Positions 60,112-64,000 of a stretch of DNA of 64,000 bases are shown here, piece after piece; position 1 is the first letter of the stretch; each line of letters starts with the position of its first letter. The notes beneath the pieces are model-generated. The model made no database searches. It was not told the DNA's origin and worked only from the letters and a program-made list of their open reading frames with translations. The DNA is from Anaeromyxobacteraceae bacterium (GTDB taxonomy: Bacteria; Myxococcota; Myxococcia; Myxococcales; Anaeromyxobacteraceae), in the NCBI GenBank assembly GCA_047602405.1, contig JASGHJ010000001.1, positions 1,088,001 to 1,152,000 on the forward strand, in the 5' to 3' direction. Both the position numbers and the translations under genes were made by a program.

Positions 60112-60180
60112 CCGTTCGTCCCGAGCCCTTCGACTCCGCGGCCTCCGGCCGCTACGCTCAGGACGGGCGGAGACGAGGGA
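60112..60180. repeat. Nested REP-like repeat, copy 4
   Basis: CCGTTCGTCCCGAGC[CCTTCGACTCCG-CGGCCTCCGGCCG-CTACGCTCAGGACGGG]CGGAGACGAGGGA between convergent genes. Confidence 0.75.
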
Positions 60181-60193
60181 CGCCTCGCAGGTC

Positions 60194-62683
60194 CTACGGC
60201 ACCACGTTCGGCGCCCCCGCGTCGTACCGGGCCTTCGCCGGCAGCGCCGTGGTCGCGCCGGTGAGCGGGTTCACCCAGGGCCACGCGCTCGCGCCGAAGA
60301 AGGCCGGCTTCGCGGTCAGGTAGAACGAGCTCGGGATGGTCTTCGCGCCCGCCACCCAGACCACGCCGTTCGTGACGTTGTCCCAGTTGCCGTCCCGGAA
60401 GATGTGCGCGGCGGAGTAGCCGTTGTCCCAGTTGCCGCCGCCGCCCCCGTAGTTGTCGCCCAGCCGGTAGATGGGCGCGCCGCCGCCGGTCGAGGACGGG
60501 TTCGCCTCGTACTTCGAGCCGCCGCGGAGCACGTTCCCCACGTAGGCGTGCCAGTGGGTCCAGCCGTCCATGCCGACCGCGCGCAGGTTTCCGCTCATGC
60601 CGCCGCCGGAGTTCTGGCCGTGGGCGTAGTTGCGCAGGTGGACGTGCCAGCCCGAGTTGCCGTGGGTGGTGTCGCCGCCGAGGTTCGGCGTCCAGTTGCC
60701 CTCGATGAGGTCGTGGTGCGTGAAGTTGGCGTGGCAGTCGTCGATGCCGTTCTCCTGCCAGCCCGGGCTGTTCCAGATGTGCGCGTCGTCGACGTAGTTG
60801 TAGGCGATGACGTTGCCGCCGCCCGTGGAGTTGAGCGCGATGGGCTTGTTGTTCCGGATCGAGATGTTGTTCTCGACGAGGCACGCCGAGGAGCCCACGC
60901 CGATCACGATGCCGTAGCCCTGGCCGCCCGGGTTCTCGTCGGCGGAGCCGTGCACGTAGGAGTCGCGGATCACCACGCGGTAGCTGCGGCCGACGCCGAC
61001 GTTGTAGCCGTACTTGCCGGGGTGGGCCGGGTCGCCGCTCCAGCGCTCGCCGTCGGCGTCGATGTTCTTCGCCCAGCCGTAGGCGACGTAGCTGAAGACC
61101 ACCGTGCCGCCGGGGAAGCCCCACATGTTGTTGCCGCCGGCGACCGCGACGTTCTCGATGCCGACCCACCGGTTCCCCACCGGGACCGAGGCGGTGTTCT
61201 TCGGGACGGTGCGCCACAGCTGCGCCTTCGCCGAGACCGGGAAGTCGATGTTGACCGGATCCTTGAGGGTGATCGTGTTGCCCGAGATCGCGGCGATCTC
61301 GTTCGTCTGCATGGTGGAGCGCCAGGTCGGGTTGATGTTCTTCGCCGCGTTCGCGGCCGAGGTGAGGTCGGTGACCGAGACCATGTTCGGCGCGCCCGTG
61401 CCCGGACCGTTCCACGAGAAGCCCGGCTGCCGCTTGAAGTACTCCCCGTCGTAGAACCAGATGTAGCCGCCGTTGAACCACGCGCCGCCGTTCTGGGTGG
61501 CGGCGCCGTCCTGCCGGTCCAGGGTGACGACGTCGCCCACGACGTAGGCGCTCGCGCTCGCGACCTGCACCGTCGTCGCCCCCTTCACCGCGTCCGCGCT
61601 GAGGTCGGTGACGGCGAAGCTCGCGTCGGAGGAGCCGGTCCGGTGGCCGAACAGGATCACCGTGCCGTAGTCGTTGATGGTGCCGTTCGCGGCGATGCGG
61701 GTCGAGTCCGCGCCCTCGCCGCGGATCGTCACGTTGTCCACCTTCACCACGATGCCGACCTGGCCGCCCGAGTTCGTCTGCGGGTTCACGTAGTAGGTGC
61801 CGGCCTTCAGCTTCACGATCTTGCGGGCGGTGGGCGTGGCGGCCGCGCCGGCGGCGTTGATCGCGGCCTGGAACGCGCTCGAGAACGCGGCCGCGCTGGC
61901 GGTGGCGGTGAGCGCCGGGTTCACCGAGTAGCCGCCGTACGGGTCGCCGGCCGGCAGCCAGACCGTCGCCGGGCGCACCGGGTCGTCGTCGCGCGGGATG
62001 CCGCCCGGGATGCCGGGGCTCCACGTCGAGCGGAGGTCGGCGGGGAGGATCGACTGGTCGATGGCCGACGGCTGCACGACGGTGATGCCGAGCGGCGCGG
62101 TCGCGGTCGCGGCCTTCGAGTCGATGACGGTGACGGTGAACGAGATGGTGCCGGTGGCCGACGGCGTGCCGGTGATGGCCCCGGTCGCGGCGGCGAGCGA
62201 GAGGCCGGCGGGGAGCGTGCCGGCCGTGATGGACCACGTGTACGGAGCGGTGCCGCCGGTCGCCGCGAGCGAGGCCGAGTAGGCCTGGCCGGTCGCGCCC
62301 TGGGGCAGCGCACCCGTCGTGATCGCGAGCTGGGTCGGCGGCGGCGGCGCCTTGACCGTCACCGTCGCCGTGCCCTGCTTCGCCGGGTCGGCGGTCGCCG
62401 TCGCGATCACGTGGAAGGTCCCGGCGGTCCCTGGCGCCGTGTAGAGCCCCGCCGCGCTCACCGTCCCGCCGGTCGCGCCCTCCTGCACCGTCCAGGTCAC
62501 GTCGACGGCCGCCGCGCCGGGGCCCGTCGCCAGGAACGCCTGCGTGCCGGAGGTGAGCACCTGCGCCGCGGGCGGGCTCACCGTGACCTCGGTGTCCCCG
62601 GAGTTCCCGGGGGGCGTCGCGGTGGCCTGGCAGCCGAGCGCGAAAGCGGTGAGGAGCGCGAGGGTGGAGCGGCGGCGGTTCAT
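60194..62683 (-). CDS. Secreted lipoprotein with Ig-like domains and pectin-lyase-like beta-helix
   Basis: Lipobox ALGC; Ig domains (GLYTAP, GGTAPYTWSI..GTLPAGLSL); KLKAGTY, TIRGEG, LVENN, LIEGN beta-helix repeats. Confidence 0.8.
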   Translation of the reverse strand: MNRRRSTLALLTAFALGCQATATPPGNSGDTEVTVSPPAAQVLTSGTQAFLATGPGAAAVDVTWTVQEGATGGTVSAAGLYTAPGTAGTFHVIATATADPAKQGTATVTVKAPPPPTQLAITTGALPQGATGQAYSASLAATGGTAPYTWSITAGTLPAGLSLAAATGAITGTPSATGTISFTVTVIDSKAATATAPLGITVVQPSAIDQSILPADLRSTWSPGIPGGIPRDDDPVRPATVWLPAGDPYGGYSVNPALTATASAAAFSSAFQAAINAAGAAATPTARKIVKLKAGTYYVNPQTNSGGQVGIVVKVDNVTIRGEGADSTRIAANGTINDYGTVILFGHRTGSSDASFAVTDLSADAVKGATTVQVASASAYVVGDVVTLDRQDGAATQNGGAWFNGGYIWFYDGEYFKRQPGFSWNGPGTGAPNMVSVTDLTSAANAAKNINPTWRSTMQTNEIAAISGNTITLKDPVNIDFPVSAKAQLWRTVPKNTASVPVGNRWVGIENVAVAGGNNMWGFPGGTVVFSYVAYGWAKNIDADGERWSGDPAHPGKYGYNVGVGRSYRVVIRDSYVHGSADENPGGQGYGIVIGVGSSACLVENNISIRNNKPIALNSTGGGNVIAYNYVDDAHIWNSPGWQENGIDDCHANFTHHDLIEGNWTPNLGGDTTHGNSGWHVHLRNYAHGQNSGGGMSGNLRAVGMDGWTHWHAYVGNVLRGGSKYEANPSSTGGGAPIYRLGDNYGGGGGNWDNGYSAAHIFRDGNWDNVTNGVVWVAGAKTIPSSFYLTAKPAFFGASAWPWVNPLTGATTALPAKARYDAGAPNVVP

Positions 62684-62858
62684 GGGAATCCCTTCGGTCT
62701 GGAGCGGGGCGCCCGGGCGTCGGGGGAACGCGGGACAGTCCCGTTCCGGACAGTCGCCCGGGTGCGGGTGGGCGGCAACCCCCCAACGCAGCGGAGCCGG
62801 TGTGGGAATTCCGCATACGTGTCGGACGCTTGGCCCGGAGGAGTGGCGCGAACCGGGG

Positions 62859-62952
62859 GTGCCGGACACGGCCTCCCCGCGGTGCCGGACACGCGAGATC
62901 CCGCGGTGCCGGACACCAGGGGTCGGCCGTGCCGGACACGAGCGCGGACACG
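62859..62952 (+). repeat. Tandem array of 11-bp GTGCCGGACAC motif
   Basis: Exact copies at 62859, 62882, 62906, 62929 plus partial at 62945; 12-13 bp variable spacers. Confidence 0.85.
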
Positions 62953-63011
62953 AGCGCGCAGCCCCGAGCGGATCACGCTCCGGCCGCCTGGCGCGGGCGT
63001 AGCGTCGACGC

Positions 63012-63299
63012 GTGGGCCGGCTCCTCCCCGCGCTGCTCGCGCTGTCCCTGCTCGCCGCCTGCGAGCCCCTCGACCGCGACGTCTTCCGGTGCGAGGAGGC
63101 GATGGCGCGCGTCCTCGACTGTTGCCCGTCGGTGAAGTCGAGCCCGGTGGTGTGCGAGTACGGCGAATCCCCGCTCAGCCCCTACGTCCACACGTTTCCG
63201 GAGGTCGACTGCCTCGTCGGCCTCTCCTGCGCCGGGCTCCTCGAGCGCGGCGCCTGCGCGTGGGCCGAGGCGGGCGGGAAGGACGCGGTGTGCCCGTGA
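63012..63299 (+). CDS. Small Cys-rich lipoprotein
   Basis: Lipobox LAAC; CEEA..CCP..C..C..C..C..C. Confidence 0.65.
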   Translation: MGRLLPALLALSLLAACEPLDRDVFRCEEAMARVLDCCPSVKSSPVVCEYGESPLSPYVHTFPEVDCLVGLSCAGLLERGACAWAEAGGKDAVCP

Positions 63300-63871
63300 T
63301 CGCGCGCGCGTGGCTCGCGGCGGCCACGGTCGCCCTCGCGCTCCCGCTCGCGGCGGGCGCGCAGCAGCCAAAGGCCCCGCCGCCGGAGTTCGACTCGAGG
63401 ACCTCCGGCGAGCTCCTCCTGACCGCCGGCACCTCGGTGCTGCACGGCGTCGGCGAGAGCGCCTGGGGCGTGCGGCTCGGGCTCGGCCGGATGGGGATTG
63501 CGCGGCGTCCCTGGGGTGGGCCGGGCGCGCTCGGCTGGCTCCTGACGGCGGCCTACCAGCGCGGCCTGCGCGACGGCGGCGCGCCGGTCGACGAGGCGCG
63601 GCTCGGGCTCGGCGTGCGCGCGCGCAGCGGGCGGTTCGGCGCGGGCGCGGACGCGGAGCTCCTCCGGCTCTCGGTCGACCGGGCCTCGCGCCCGGGCGCG
63701 CTCGTCGCCACCGGGGCCGCGGTGCGGCTGTCCGGCACGTTCGACCTCACCGAGCCGGACGCGCCGGTGGCGTTCGTCGCGGCCCTCGACGTCAGCCTCG
63801 CGGGCGTCGGCCTCTTCAAGTCGCCGAGCTACGAGCCCTCCATCACGGCGGGGCTCGGGTTACGGTTCTAG
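63296..63871 (+). CDS. Hypothetical outer-membrane beta-barrel-like protein
   Basis: GTGA overlap with upstream stop, signal peptide, C-terminal GLGLRF. Confidence 0.6.
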   Translation: MIARAWLAAATVALALPLAAGAQQPKAPPPEFDSRTSGELLLTAGTSVLHGVGESAWGVRLGLGRMGIARRPWGGPGALGWLLTAAYQRGLRDGGAPVDEARLGLGVRARSGRFGAGADAELLRLSVDRASRPGALVATGAAVRLSGTFDLTEPDAPVAFVAALDVSLAGVGLFKSPSYEPSITAGLGLRF

Positions 63872-63920
63872 GGTCCGGTGCACGAGACCGTCTCGGTGCG
63901 GCCCGTGAACCGAGACGAGA

Positions 63921-63952
63921 CGCGGCGGGCCCCTCGGAAGGGACCCGCCGCG
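63921..63952. terminator. GC-rich hairpin, probable terminator
   Basis: CGCGGCGGG-CCCCTCGGAAGGGA-CCCGCCGCG downstream of 63871. Confidence 0.45.
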
Positions 63953-64000
63953 GAGCGCGGGCCAGCGGGGACCGTGCTAGCTGCGCAGGAGCTCGCGGGC

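Noticed and set aside
62859..62952. Possible CRISPR array
   Set aside because: 11-bp repeats and 12-13 bp spacers are far too short, and there are no cas genes in the window.
62989..63004. Possible sigma54 promoter TGGCGCGGGCGTAGC
   Set aside because: Poor -12 element, and the predicted start would fall downstream of the GTG at 63012.
59849..63295. 1340-aa plus-strand ORF, and similar long ORFs such as 1401-4268, 11437-14100, 41632-44868 and 53065-55710
   Set aside because: Arg/Gly/Ala-rich shadow frames caused by stop-codon scarcity at very high GC; only the final 63296-63871 part of the 1340-aa ORF looks real.

Overview
Very high-GC chromosomal window with gene content typical of Anaeromyxobacter/Myxococcota (taxon inferred from gene families only). 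It opens with housekeeping genes (ileS-lspA-lgt) and a tRNA-Phe(GAA), followed by an accessory stretch of about 9-23 kb. That stretch holds a Xis-HTH/PIN toxin-antitoxin pair, an orphan barstar-like gene, and a complete RNA-repair locus. The locus has Ro60/Rsr (TROVE-vWA) followed by three tandem unannotated Y-RNA-like elements: one with a full circularly permuted tRNA mimic, one with a remodelled mimic, and one with none. It also has an IS1182 inserted exactly at the rtcR stop codon, rtcR, and rtcB-rtcA. The rsr and rtcB genes share an identical sigma54 promoter core, and an uncharacterised frameshifted RQGEWFF-family gene sits divergent from rsr. Further right are an AAC(3)-IV-like acetyltransferase, glycosyltransferases, a sigma54-type ExbBD-TonB-receptor-lipoprotein operon with a long structured leader, a lipid-use cluster (frameshifted lipoprotein lipase + FadL, ptb-buk, etfBA), signalling genes (poly-HAMP MCP, kinases, PilZ) and secreted proteins. 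Two dispersed repeat families and a shared TGC-rich box were also found. All family calls come from reading motifs by eye; no searches were run.
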